Below, one piece after another: positions 35,961 to 48,785 of a stretch of 64,000 bases of DNA. Source of the stretch: Lama guanicoe (Eukaryota). The stretch lies in assembly GCA_013239625.1 (NCBI GenBank), contig MU057344.1, forward strand, positions 1,552,276 through 1,616,275. Reading direction: 5' to 3'. The position numbers and the translations under genes are program-made. A model generated the notes under the pieces. It was not told the DNA's origin and made no database searches. It saw only the letters and a list, made by a program, of their open reading frames with translations. Numbering within the stretch: position 1 is the first letter of the stretch; the number at the start of each line of letters is the position of its first letter.

Positions 35961-36579
35961 ACCCCAAAGCGGCTCACTGGAGCCCCGGGTCAGGGGTCAG
36001 GCTGCAGCGCTGCCGGTGCTGCGCTCGCGCGCCCCTCTGGAGGGCTTAGCCCGTCCCTCTGCGAGTGACCCAGCCTGCCAGTGGGCTCCGTCCCCGCCCC
36101 GCCTGCACGTGCTTGGGGCTGCTGTCGCCGCCACCCTTTCCGTCTCTGAGTGGAGAGGAAACATTTTCCTGGTCTGAAGTGGTTTAAACCCGCAGCAGAA
36201 GTGCAAGCTTATCTGGCTAATCCCAAGGAGGCCGGTGGGGCAGAGGGGTCAATTGAACTCCTCGCATGAGATCGGCCAGAAATAAATATCACACCCCAAA
36301 GCGGCTCACTGGAGCCCCGGGTCAGGGGTCAGGCTGCAGCGCTGCCGGTGCGCTCGCGCGCCCCTCTGGAGGGCTTAGCCCGTCCCTCTGCGAGTGACCC
36401 AGCCTGCCAGTGGGCTCCGTCCCCGCCCCGCCTGCACGTGCTTGGGGCTGCTGTCGCCGCCACCCTTTCCGTCTCTGAGTGGAGAGGAAACATTTTCCTG
36501 GTCTGAAGTGGTTTAAACCCGCAGCAGAAGTGCAAGCTTATCTGGCTAATCCCAAGGAGGCCGGTGGGGCAGAGGGGTC
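35918..36579. repeat. Head-to-tail tandem duplication (333 bp + 329 bp)
   Basis: Copy 1 is 35918-36250 and copy 2 is 36251-36579. By eye they differ only by a 1-bp and a 3-bp deletion in copy 2. Confidence 0.97.
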
Positions 36580-38639
36580 AGGCCGGCCTCGGGGTAAAAG
36601 GGCCCTGGGCTCCGCAGGCCAGGAAGGAGCACCCCGCCCTGGGAAGAGAGCCCCGTCCTCGGGCAAGGGGGACGCCCGAGGGGACACCGGGTCCATCCAG
36701 CCCGAGCTCTGGGAGGGCCCCTAAACCCCAGGCCTGGGGTTCCTCGTCTCTGGGGAATCTGCTCGCTTCCCATAGGACACAGCGCCGTGGGGGCTCCAGT
36801 GGGGAGGCAGGTGGGCCGCTGCCTGGGTCAGAGCCGCGGAGCTAAGCACAGGGGGCCAAGGGCGTCGCCTTCTCGTCCAGCGCCGGGCCCCTCCTGGAGG
36901 GGGAGGGGACGCAGGTTCCGGTTCAGGCCTGTTTGGACTTTCCGAGCTTGATTTTCGAAAGAGCCTTGAAAATGTTAGCGTTTAAGGTCATGTGCACTTG
37001 GCAAAATACGGCTTTTCGTTTGGAAGGGAAAAAAGGCATAAAGGGCATTTTGGACACAAAATAGCTCTTTAAAACAGCATTTTGATGAGTTAAGTATAAA
37101 TAAATCAGAAACACACGGATTTCATTTCCTTTAAAAGACCCGCGGGCTCAAACACTAGCGGGAAAAGTGCCTGGCAACGGCGGTTTGGGATTTTGACAAA
37201 CCCAAATATTTTGAAGAGGTTTCTGTGATGTTTGCACCCAGGTCTCCTCGTCTGCCCTGCCTTCTGTGAGCGCCCAACAGACTCATCCCCCCCTGACTGT
37301 GATGCGCAGGCGGTACGTGTGCGTGCGAGTGCGTGTGTGTGCGCCCACACGCGAGCTCGCAGCAGAGAACAAAAGCAAAGACGATCAGAAAAGTCATGAG
37401 CCTCTGAGACTTGAACAGCATTCTAACTCTGTTTTGAGGCGGAATGGGGCGGGGGAAAAGCCATGAGAATCCTATGCCGGAGTGGAAAAAAGCCTCGTCC
37501 ATCTCAAGTGGGCTCTGGAATGAAGTCAGGGAGGTCTGGTCGCTGCCCGACCGTCTGGGTTGCAAGCGGGAAATCCAGCTCCCCGCCCAGCAGTGTCAGC
37601 TCAGCAGACGGGGCTCCTGGAGCAGCTGGACGCGTGGGCACCGCAGACACCGGGCGCTGCGCGGTGATCTTCGCCTCTGTAGGGACGAGTGGAACTCGAT
37701 GTGGGGGGGTTGCCCTATCTGTGCCCCAGGGGTGAAGGGATATCCAGCCTCGGGTCCCTGCTGTGACTACTTTCGGGCCAGCTCGCCCTGCGGAGTGTGG
37801 GCGGTGCCTGGCAGGTAGGCAGGTTCGAGGATGCTTTGGTGAAGAACACCAGCTTCCCCCTTCAGGTGGCTCAGGAGCCAGGAGGGGAGGCAGAGGGCAT
37901 CTTCCTTCCCGTCCAGAGCTCCATGGTGCTCGGCAGAGAGACGCTGTGAGGAGCCCCTGGTCACGAACTCTCTGAAGCTCCTGAGAAATAAATACACATC
38001 AAAGACGAGCTAGTGAGGAATTTACTCAGATTCACGGAGCTTGCTCTGCAGTTCTACAAACAGTAAAGTTTGGGGCTTCCAGGGAGAGAGCGCCGAAGTG
38101 CCCCAGGCACTTCCAACACGGGGCCTTCTTGGTGAGCCCCACTCAGCGCGATCCTTCAGGCGGGACGCGAGCCTGGTTCTTGAGCCGGGTGTGCTGTGCA
38201 CACACACAGCGTCCAGCTCTTATCTAAACATCTGTCTCCGAGTCTCTGAGACCTAACTGCTCGCTCAGAGATGTAAACAGAACAGCTGACCACTACGGCC
38301 GCCCCCGACACAGCTCTCCCCACAGTGTTCCTCTTGGCATCCGATGAGGAAAAAAAACTTGCAGTCAATACTCAAAGTTGGATTCTGGGCTTTTCGGCAG
38401 AACTGGGCTTGGAGTGTTTAATAACAAGGTTCCTTACTGCTTGGCCTCTAAATTTATAATAAAAATAAATATTTCCCCTTCCTGATGGTGAAGGCCATGC
38501 CAACTGCAGAGAGGAGCTTGGATGGGAGAGGAAGCAATTGGAGACGCTTAAACGCCAGAAACACCAACCCCCACGGGTCTTCCAAGGGCCGGGTGCCTTC
38601 CTGGGACCCCAGGGGTGGAGAAGGTCCCCGGCTGAGCCC

Positions 38640-38940
38640 CGACCGCTTCTCTTAATTGTACAGCATTGCAGTAATCAACACCCAGCGCCTTGTCTCTTTA
38701 AGACCAGGACGGAACAAAGCCTCAAATTACTAATTACACAAAAACAGTGTCTTTTGCTAATTGGATTGGTTAATGTTCATTAATAAAGCACTTTACGGGT
38801 AGGCCTGTGGCATGAAAGAGGCGATTCATACGTTTAATAATAGGCTAATAACTGTCAGCGGTGACTAGTCAGCCACGGTCGCCTGCGCTGACGGTCGGAC
38901 TCTTCCCAGGTCCCTGGACGGCTGGTGCAAATTAATGCCT
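38640..38940. promoter_or_regulatory. Candidate homeodomain-dense enhancer
   Basis: About ten TAAT/ATTA cores in 300 bp, plus CTGTCA (MEIS) at 38852. Confidence 0.55.
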
Positions 38941-39129
38941 TCGCGGGAGCCAGCAGGGCCGCGGACCCGGGTCTCCCCGCTGCTCGGCAAGGGCCTGGAG
39001 GTGCGTGCCTGCGGCCCCGGTGGCGGTTTGGGGAGTCAGTTCACCCTCTAACGGAAAGCGAAGCCCTGTGATTTCTATTATTTATGAAAGAGCCTTTGGT
39101 TAAGCGATTAGGAACAGGAACCAGAGTTC

Positions 39130-39240
39130 TGCATCCTTGTCCTGAGGCTAGAGGCTTAGCTGTGTTATTCAGTGACCCCGGGCAAGCTCCCCGACCTTCA
39201 CAGACCTCAGTCAACTCAGCTGGAAAATTGGGTAAAAAGA
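39130..39240 (+). mobile_element. MIR fragment
   Basis: gtgaccccgggcaag…cctcagt…ctcagctggaaaattggg follows the MIR core. Confidence 0.55.
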
Positions 39241-40334
39241 TTGTGGTGTCTCCCAGGCAGGCGCTGCTGAGTGGAGGTGCTCGGAGCGGCAGACCGGGGA
39301 CAGCCCGGAGAGCAGGGCCGTGACCATGGCCGGGCGCTGCGGCTCCCGCTCTCGGCCGATGTCCGAAGTCTGGAGTCAGGAGCTGTGGGCCTGGAATCAG
39401 ACCCAGGGTGTGGGACTCAGGGCCCGGCTCCGGGGCCTGGCTGGTGAAACGCAAAGACCGAATTCCCTCGCTGGCTGCGTTTCCGGAGCCCGCTGGCTCC
39501 CCGCATGGGGGCTCGGAGAGGGCAGTGCTGGTCTGCAGGGAGCTTTGCAGCCGGCACCCCCTTTCTGGCTCCAGCACCCACAGGCACCCCAGCAGTCACG
39601 TTCGTTCCTCTGTTTCGAGATGTGGCCTCTCTGCCGTGTCCCAAATGTTACTGTTTCATCCAAGTAAAAGCTTTTCCTCTTAGAGGAAAACCGGACAAGA
39701 CTCAGCAGCCAGGAGGCAGCACCGGTTTAATCCACAGGGACCCCCTCTTCTGAGGAGCCCCGAGGGAGGGTCTGTCCAGGTCTGAGGGGCTCTTCCTGGC
39801 GCGGAAGCCTGGAGACCACGGGGCTTCTAGGGGAAAGTGAACCGGTGAGGGCACGCAAGTGTGTCTCCTCCGTAGACGAGTGGAGCTGGCGGGGGAAAGG
39901 GCCAGAGGGCTCCTGTCTCCTTCCGCCGGGTGACTCTGCAAACCCAGGGCATTCCCCACCGGGAGGACTCTGTTAAGTTCACGAATGTGCCGAAATCCAG
40001 ACCATTAGACCAAACAAGACATCCAGCCGTGGAGGGCGTGGAGGGGCGGACCTGCACGCCTCCCGCGTCCCGGACAGGAACCAGCAGCCAGCCCAGGGTC
40101 GCCTCGAGGTTTTTCCCCAGTGCTTAGGGTCGGGTGCTGGCCTGGCTGCAGGCCACCGAGACGTCCAGGTGTGAACCTTGTCCTTGAACTCAAGCCCGCC
40201 GCCAACACAGTCCTGCTGATTTCCGTCGGGCCCGGTCTCTGTCCCTGAGCCCCACCCACCTCCTCCATCCCTCTATCACCTCGGATAGGCCTTCCCTTGA
40301 CACTCACCTTCCTGCAGTCACTACCCCATTTTTC

Positions 40335-40396
40335 ACTGTCTCTGTCTCCCCCGTCTCTCTCTGTCTCTTTCTGTCTCCCCGTCTCTGTCTCTGTCC
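40335..40396. repeat. TC/TCTG-rich low-complexity tract
   Basis: ctgtctctgtctcccccgtctctctctgtctctttctgtctcccccgtctctgtctctgtc. Confidence 0.8.
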
Positions 40397-43324
40397 CCCC
40401 GCCCTCCGGGTATGGGACACTCTGGACCGCCCCCAGCCCCACGGGAAGTCCTCCTGCAGACCTTCTGTGGTTCATAGCCTGGCCGACCTCAGCTCTCTTC
40501 TCAGCTTTTGGAAAAAACAAATAAATTACGTTGCTGAACAAGATCTCTCAGCTCCAGGAATAGAGTCCTAGAAATCTGATCGTGTCCAAGAGCACTCTGT
40601 GAGCGCAGGCAGCGCCTCCCCGAGGCCGCATTCTCCCAGGCACGGGCTGCGTGGACAGCGCCTCCCATGGCGCCGACGGCCCGCAGACCCGCTCAGGAGT
40701 CGTGGGGCAGGCCCGGAGAAGCACGCAGCCTGAGCGGGCCCCGGGGGCCCTCCCAGACCCCCGGACGGCCCCGGGGGGGGCACATGCTCCCTGGGCCCCC
40801 TCTGCCCCCCTACACTAGTGGGGGTCATTTTTCTGAGTCCATCCACAGGCAGACGGTGACCTTGTCATGTTACACTGACAGGCACGCCACACGGCTGGAG
40901 AGCATCAGAGTGTCACCCTCCCCGGCAGTGTGGCCCAAGTGGCCACTCCTGCTGCAGGTCCCTGGCTGGTGGGAGCGTGTTCCCACCTCACCCCCTAGGG
41001 TCTGTGGACTGGGTTCCAGCGGCCCCTTCTGACTTCTAGCAGGAAAACCCGAGAAGGATCACAGAGGCCCCCGCTTGCCGCCAGGACCGCAGAGAGGAAG
41101 GGCACACGTCTCATGCCCTTGTCGGAGACTTTCCACTGCCGGACGCAGGCCCCGAGGAGAGCAGTGGGGTCCAGACCTCGGTTCCCAGCCCACCGGGGCG
41201 GGGGGGGGAGCTGTGGTCTTCTGCAGCGACATGACCCTCGTGCATGCCAGTGACTCGTTAGAAAGAGGGGAAGCGGAATAAAATCGCGCTCTGTGCAGAA
41301 GTCAGGACAGTGAGCAGGTGCTTTGGGGTCTGCGTTTCGTTGGTGAGCAGTTCTCTGCACTTCTGGGGGTGTCACTGTGGCCTGAGGTGGGGCAGGCACA
41401 TCTCCCTGCAGCTGATGGGGATCCCTGGGTCCCGGCAGTGTCGTCAGAAAGTGAAATTAGCAGAGGGCAGTGTCGGGCACCACGCTCCCCAGCGGAGGGT
41501 CTTGAGAGCTGAAACTCCACCGACAGTCCCGCTCCCCGGGGGTCCAGGCGGCTCTCCCAAAGGCAGCGGCAAGAGTGCCCCCGGAACGGCCTGCAGTGTC
41601 ATGAAGATGTGTCCCCCACCCACACTCCCACGGCCCCCCAGGCAGAACCTCAGCGGGCCAGACCCTCCTGGCCACCGGGCCCGCCCTGGAAAGGGACCCC
41701 CCCCATCTCCAGGGAGGCCGAGCATCCAGGGACGTCGAGGGGCTCGAGGTAGAAGGTCCAGTGGGTGTCTGGAGATTTTCTTCGTGACAATTTTAAGCAA
41801 GACAAACAGGAAAAAAGAGAGAGAGAGACAAGGAACAGGGTGGTTTCAAACTGCTTTCCAATTTCACACCGTCTCTTCCTGGCGGGAGGCTGCAGCTGAG
41901 AATGCGCTCCAGGCGGTGGGCTGGGCGCGGCGCTGCAGCTGCTCGCAGGATCAGGTGTTCTTGGGAACCCGGCTCGCTGGCCGCCCCGCATCTCTTGGCT
42001 GCTGAGCAAAGCTGCCCTGGGACAGGGGAGCCGTCTCTGCCCGCCCCAGCCTCCGTGCTGACCGCGCACTCGGAAGCCTCGTGCCCGCACCTCCGAGGAC
42101 ACGAGGTCTCCTCCCTCCTCCCTCCGGGCGGCAGTGTCTGCCCTGGGCCAGGGGGCAACGTGCTTCTGCAAAGGACCGGGCAGTGAACATGGCCGGCTGT
42201 CTGTGGGTTTACTTTCACAATCCTTTAAACATAGAATGGCTCTCTTACCTCACGAGCTGAACGGACACCGGCCACAGGCTGGATCTGCCCCGCCGACCCC
42301 GCCAGGGGCCAGAGCCCAGGCCGCCGGGGGGCCCTCTGCCCACGAGGCTACCCCCGCCCTCCACAAGGGCTTTGCGGCTGAGCCTCCTCGCAGCAGCAGC
42401 AGCAGCCCTGTGTTCTTGGGAAGCAGCCTGGGTCCCACGCCCTTTCTCATCTCCCTTGTCGCTAGGTCGCTGTGGGCAGTGCGGGCGCCACCTCTGTTCC
42501 AATGCGTTTGCCGCCGGTTTGCAGATAAGGGAGTCGAGGCTGGCTAGCAAGGCTGCATGGGTTCGCCAAGGCGGCCGTGAGCCGGGGTTCTCTGTGCTGC
42601 CCTGTGAGGGCCCCTGAGCGAGGAGGGTCCCGCCGACGCCCCGTGTCAGCCAGGAAGCCCCGAGAAGCGTCCCCCGGGCAGGCAGCCCGGGGCGTGCCCG
42701 AGCCTGGGAAGTCCCTCGGCTGCGTTGTCAACGTGACTGCCCCTGAGCTGGAAAGGCAGGAGGCGGCCCACGGAGTTTGCTTGGGAATCCGAGGCGGAGT
42801 AGGGGTGGGTGGGCCGGCCAAGCTTCGCGGGTTCAACCTGCCCCCCACCCCGAGAGCCAGTCCGGGCCCCCGGGGCTTCTGGCTGCAGCGGCTGCTCTCC
42901 TCTTGAACCCAAACCCTCAGAAGGGCGCTCTGGCACCAGATGCCGGGGCATGGAGGCTGCAAGATTCCAAAGCTGCCCATTTTCCACAGCGGATCAGCAC
43001 GGAATTCCTCGACACAGCTGTTGCTGTAATTGGGTCCCATTAGGAAAGTGTGCGGTCTTGTTCAGGGCCCTCTGCCCCTCACCGCCCCCACGCACGGTGG
43101 TCCCGAGTTAGCAGGGCAGCTGTGACCAAAGCCTGTGCGCTCAGCTCTGCCGCACTGTCTCCTCCCTGAAGACTGGAAACATTCCTTGTGGGAGACAGCA
43201 CAGCTCCTTTCCCTCGTCTTTCCCTCCAGCCCCCTCGCCGCCCTCCCCCCTCCCCCGGCCCCGCTCGATGCTCCAAACGGAACCAGTTCTGGGGAGGCTG
43301 CGTGACCTGACGCCTCAGGGCACG

Positions 43325-43517
43325 GACCCACGGGAGTCCCGGCTCTGCCACTTCCCAGCTGTGTGCCGCTGGATGAGTAACTCAACCTCTCTGAGCTCGG
43401 CGTTCCGGAGGGCAAGTGGGGATTACTAGAAGGTTATCGTGAGCTGAATGCAATGACTCAGAGGAGACTTCGGCAGGGCTGACAGTCACTGGCACCATGG
43501 TCATTGCTGATTTATTG
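43325..43517 (+). mobile_element. MIR (long remnant)
   Basis: tcccggctctgccacttcccagctgtgtg…gagtaactcaacctctctgagc…tggggat…ggttatcgtgag is colinear with the MIR consensus. Confidence 0.8.
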
Positions 43518-46100
43518 TAACCAGAAGTGGAAACAGTGTATCTCTGGCTTCACTGGCTTGCACATGAGCAGACCCCCGAAGTGAGAGCCCGCTAATACCT
43601 GCAGAGGGAGTAGGTGGCATAATGGAAAGATGAGAACCAGAGGCCAGAATTTTATCGGAAAGGCCCCGGTCCCCCAGGGCATTGCCCCACAGGCACAGTG
43701 ACCACTGGGTGTGCCTTTTCACTTTGTGTCACTTCTCTGTCCCTGGAAAGTGCCACTCACATTGTGAAGAGAATTCACATTCACCTCTGCATTGAAACAC
43801 AGGGGCACGATCTCTGACCCTCCACCTTCAGGTTGTTAAAGGTTACCCCAAACCCCAGAGGTGGCGGTGGGAACTCAGCCCAGGAAGAGCCCGAGTCCCG
43901 GGGGGTTGGGTGGTGGAGGGGGTCAGGTTCCAGCCTCAGCCCAGTCGCGCGCGCGCGCACACACACACCCCGCCTCCGCCCCCCGTGGGTCTCTGGGCTT
44001 TCAGACGCGTGTGAGGCAAGCAGCCTTGGCTGGAGATCTATGACCCCTTCTTATTCACTTATGCTTATTAAGGATCATCTTAACAAACAAGTTATCGATG
44101 AGCCGGGTCAAGGTGAAGTGCATTAATATGATTCTGTCAATGTGCAGGTTATTTCTGTAACTAGAAAGGGCTGAGCATGAAAGACAAATGTGTGTGTAGA
44201 ACCACTAACTGACCTGTGATTTATTTCCCCCCTTGGGAGACACCGAGGTGCAAAGGCACCAGGCTGCAGGGTCCCGGGAGCAGCTTCTCTGGACCGGCTG
44301 TCGTCAAGGTGTCCGGGGGGTCTGTGTCCGGGGCGGTCTGAAGGTCCAGGAGCCATCATGCACGGCCCGCAGGAGTCCCCCGGCATGAGGACGGCAGGGA
44401 AGTTGGTCCCACGTGCGGCTGACACTTGCGATGAATGAGCCACGTTCTGGGGCCGCAGAAGGGTTGGCTGCACAGGGACACACGGCTTTCGGAACATGAA
44501 AGACGTTCTAGGAAACCCAGTGAGTGCGTGTTAAGGCCGTCCTCTCTCCAGCCCCCGAGTGGCTGCTGGAGAGCGGGGACATGGACCTGTCAGCCCCCTT
44601 TATTTGTCCTGGCAGAGCCAGGAGCCCTCAGTTCTCCGGAGCTCTCACGAGGGCTCCCCCTTGGCTGGGGGGCTTCCCGCATCCCCCGTTAGCGCACCTG
44701 GTGCCCCGGGGGTGTGCCGGACTCTAGATGGGACCCGGAACGGGCACCTGGGGGGACTGGTGACTGTTGTGATTTTCCCTTCCGGGGTCTCATCCCTGAC
44801 GCATCCTCCTCTGGGCCGGCCCGGGTGCCTGTCACCTGGGTTCCTGGGACGGAGGCCATTCTGTGCTCCAGCCCAGACAGTGCCTGGCAGTGGGGACGCT
44901 GCACCCCTGTGTCCAGGGCGCTGGTGCAGGACATGCAGGAGGGGTGGCCTTCTGGCATCAGGGATCAGGAGGGGTAGCCCCCACACGTCCTCCCCCAGGC
45001 TGTGCAACCCCAAAGGAGACGGTGAGCCCTGTGCCCGTCAGACATCGGTGTCTGATCTCTAGCCTGGGGCACAGACACCCGGAGGGCAGGAGGCAAGGAG
45101 ACGGGGGGCAGTGGGTTATGTCCCTGGGAGTCTTGCCAGGCTCACCAACTTTCAACACCAAGTTCGCAGCCCAGAAAATGTGGCGTTTCCGCTGGGTCGG
45201 CCCCCGGGACCCTTCTGCAGGGCTGAGACCTCCCGAGTACTCACGGTGCCTTCCAGCCCTTGGCGTCCTCCGCTCGCACCCAGACCCTCAGAAGGGGACT
45301 CTGGCACCAGCCCCAGAAACAGCCAGCTCTGCAGAGCTCCCCCGGCTTCCGGGGCGGGCGTGTCCCGTGCCTGGGATCGGCTACTGCGCGGCCCCTGGAT
45401 GCACCAGTCGCTCCCCTTCTAAGGCGGAAAGTTATAGCTTGTCACGAGTCATTGACTGGACCCGCCACGTGTCACCCTGCTCTTCTGATTTACAAGCACT
45501 CCCTTTGAGGACATCAATCTTCCGGAAGCAGGAGGAGGAAGCTGGCCACCAAGGCCAGGTGCGACCCTGGACACGCATCTCCCAGGACAAGGATCTGCGG
45601 GTGCCGTCCAGGGCTCAGTCTTCAGCTCGCCGCCGGCAGGGGAGGGGCGGGGGGGCCCGTGCCAGGCTGCCGATGTACGCGTGGACCTGGCGGCGCTCCC
45701 TCACCGGTCTGGGCCACCAGGCTGCTGTCCTGTGCCCGGGAGCTCAGCTGGACACGGAGCCCCCCACTGGGACCAATCTAGGAGGGCAGAGGCTCCCAGG
45801 CCAGGTCAGGGCTGGACCCAGGACACCCCACTCAGAAAGCGCTCAGGAAGGGCTGAGCAGTGTCTTTTGGGTGCAGGGGCTCTGAGACCTGGAGCTGCCC
45901 AGTGTGTGTGGGAGTTCGTCAGAGCTGGGGTGGCCGGCACTCTCTTCTCTCTTGAAAAGGATCGCTCGGGGGGTGGGCAGGGAGAGGGGATCCTTGCAGA
46001 CAACCCCCCAGACAGCTGCCACCCCCAGGGAGGGTGGCCAGCCCAAGCGCTGTCCTCAAGCCCGCTCCTATCCCCATGGGATCAGACACAGGGGAAGGGC

Positions 46101-46148
46101 GAGGTCACTGCGGGGGCAGGCTGAGGTCACTGCGGGGGCAGGCTGAGG
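46101..46148. repeat. 22-bp perfect tandem duplication
   Basis: gaggtcactgcgggggcaggct x2, plus gagg. Confidence 0.9.
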
Positions 46149-48029
46149 GGGCCACCACTGTGCCTTCCTGTCGCCTGTGGCGCAGCCCCAGAGCAGCCTG
46201 GGTGGGCTGCCGCCCAGGCCGGGAGCTGGTGGGGGTAAGAAGTGGGACCCCCACCCAGACAGCTCTGAGGAGCCTGTGGCCCCAGGTCAAGGACGGGGAC
46301 TTGCCGTCTGCTGGGGGCACTGGCGATGAGGTCGGCTAAGGCTCTGAGCTGTTAACCAGGTGGCTTGTGGGTTGGGGGAAGCTGGGGAGCCCCAGGCTGT
46401 TGGCATGGCCCTTATTTCCCGGCATCCTTTGTCAGCAAGACGCACGCACGATTGCAGCGAGAACTCTGTTCCATCAGGTGCCTGGGTGACCGGCCTCGGA
46501 GGCCAGGCAGGCCCACACCTGCGCTGCCTTCAGTCTCTCCTTGGCAAAGGGGCTGACAGGCCTGCCCCGATCTGTGCCCCTGCCCCGCCGGCCCCACTCA
46601 CCACGGTCCCCGAGGGCCAGCAGCCTCAGAGGATGCCAGCGGGCTGCGGTGGGAGGCTGTGCTCCCTCTCTGCGCCTCTCTCACCTGTAAACGGCGACGC
46701 CCGCCCGTCCTCACAGACTTGTCCCGGGTTTTGGTGTTTCACGTGAGCCCAGCACCCGGAGCAGCGCCCACCTGGCCCTCTGTCCTCCGACACCTCAGCG
46801 TTGTTCCCTGGGCGACCTCTGACAGCTCCCCAGCTGATGGCGGGGAACCAGGGCCACAGCCTGAGCCCTGCCCCCAGGGCCCACCGTGCGCACCGGCATG
46901 CGGGCCAACAGGGGAGACGCCCGTGTTCTCCGCAGGGCGGACCCCTGACTCCAGCCAGCTGGGGACCAGGGCTTACATGAGGCTGCCCTGCCCCGCCATG
47001 TCCTGCAGGCCCTCCTTCCTCCCCTGCTCCCCACTGGCCCGCACCCTCCCATCTTGCCAGCACCAGCATCCCTGCTCACCCTCAGAGGCAAATCGAACCC
47101 CGCCCAGCCCATGAGGATGCCCCGCTGGGCCCTGGGGGCCTTTCCAAACCCGCCTGTCTCTTCCGTCTTCTGGGCCGGCTCCCCAGCCCCCACCCCACCT
47201 CTGCCCACCTCCACCCCCACTTCCTGCTTCAGCACTCCCGCTCCCAGAAGATCCCAGACCCCTTGCTCCGTGGTCTCAGCCGGAGTCTGTGGGGCCCCTT
47301 CTGTGTTCGTGGTCGTGTTGCTGAAGGAGCGGGCGGGTTTGAAGCAGCTGATACCGGAGTCAGCACAGCTTCAAGGCACCTTTCATGGAGCAGTGCAGGC
47401 AAAGGGCGCTCAAAGGCTGCTTCTGGAACGAGGCTGGGCAGGAGGCCTGGGACAGACAGGGCCGGAAACCCTGGGAGAAGCCTCGGGGGCAGGAATCCAT
47501 TCATTCACTCCGCCGTTCACTCTGCAGAAGGGCCGGTGCGGGCACCCGCACCCCCGGGCCGGGCAGGGTGTCCAGCCAAGGGGCGCGTGCCACGCCGAGA
47601 GCAACCAGCGGACACAGTGTTCTCGGCACGTCCGTCCACAGGCAAACCGTGCCCGGTGAGCTGTGTCCGGGCAGGGCCGTGCTGGCCAGAAAAGCCGTCT
47701 GCACCTCGTTAGCTCCTGCAGCCTCACCCCCAGGGGTCAAGAGAGACAGAAGCGCCTGCTCCCAGGGTGGAGGTCTAGCGGGGAGCATCTGGGAGAAGCA
47801 GGGGTGAGTCTAGATAAAAACCTTGCACGGGGCCCTGGAGGCCGAGTGACCTGCGGCTTCTCGTCGACCAAAGAAAAAGCTGGGAAGCTGGGACGTGGCT
47901 GTCCCTCACGCAGGTCTGCTTCTTTCCGTGGGACCCCGCGTGGGCTCCTAGGAAGGAGCATGAACCCTGACTTCGGGGTCCCAGGCAGGAGGCTTGGGCG
48001 ATGCCTGGGGGGCCAGGAGGGGAGGGGCG

Positions 48030-48055
48030 NNNNNNNNNNNNNNNNNNNNNNNNNN
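48030..48055. other. Assembly gap (26 N)
   Basis: Run of n. Confidence 1.
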
Positions 48056-48649
48056 TTGGGCTGGGAATGTCAACAGCGTGCGGAGACCTCTGTGCGTTTC
48101 AGGACGGGCCCTCTGAAGGAGCCTGGGTCCTTTTTCGTGCCGTACTTGACTGTGTAAATATTTTTCTTAGGAGTCAAAAGAGAGTCTGCATTCATTGGGT
48201 AAGATCTCACTTGAAAGAACTGAGAAGGATCTGTTTAGGCACAAAAGCTAAAAACACTGTCCAAGGCGCCTTTCAAAAAAATCATTTCTGTAGCTCAAAC
48301 ACAGCCAGGCTGAGGGTTTTTTTTTTTTTTAATGCAAAAAATAAATAAATATTCCCCGCTCCCAGTTGAGAGCTCAAGAGTTTGTGTCAACACCGTTGGA
48401 GTCTTTGCTTTGGGAGCCAGAGTGGGCCCGGCCGGTGACGCTGCCCTCACGGTTCCCGGCAGAGCTGCCAGCGGGACCGGCACCCAGCCCGCCCGGCCTG
48501 GCCAGGGGAGGGCCCTCGCCTGGGTGGGTCTGGCCAGGGCTCAGGTGCGAGTCCCGGTCAGGAGGGTTGGCATGTGGCTTCTTTCCACCGGATGCACCCC
48601 TAGCGGCCTCCCGGGGCCTCCAGAGTCAGGAGGCCGGGACATGGGACAC

Positions 48650-48785
48650 CCAGCAGCTCTTTGGCCTTCGCCCCGTCCCTCCGACTCCCGAGCCTCCGCT
48701 TCCCGTCTGTAAAGCCGGCCTGGTGGCAGCAGTCACCCGGACAGGGCTGTGGTGGGACAGTGCGGGGACACGCCTTCGCGGGGCC
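48650..48785 (+). mobile_element. MIR remnant, GC-shifted
   Basis: ctcccgagcctccgcttcccgtctgtaaag…cagggctgtggtggga resembles CTCTGAGCCTCAGTTTCCTCATCTGTAAAATGG…AGGGTTGTTGTGAGGA. Confidence 0.6.

Noticed and set aside
35997-36535. Two near-identical 69/68-aa ORFs suggesting a gene pair
   Set aside because: They are a by-product of the tandem duplication, with no coding evidence.
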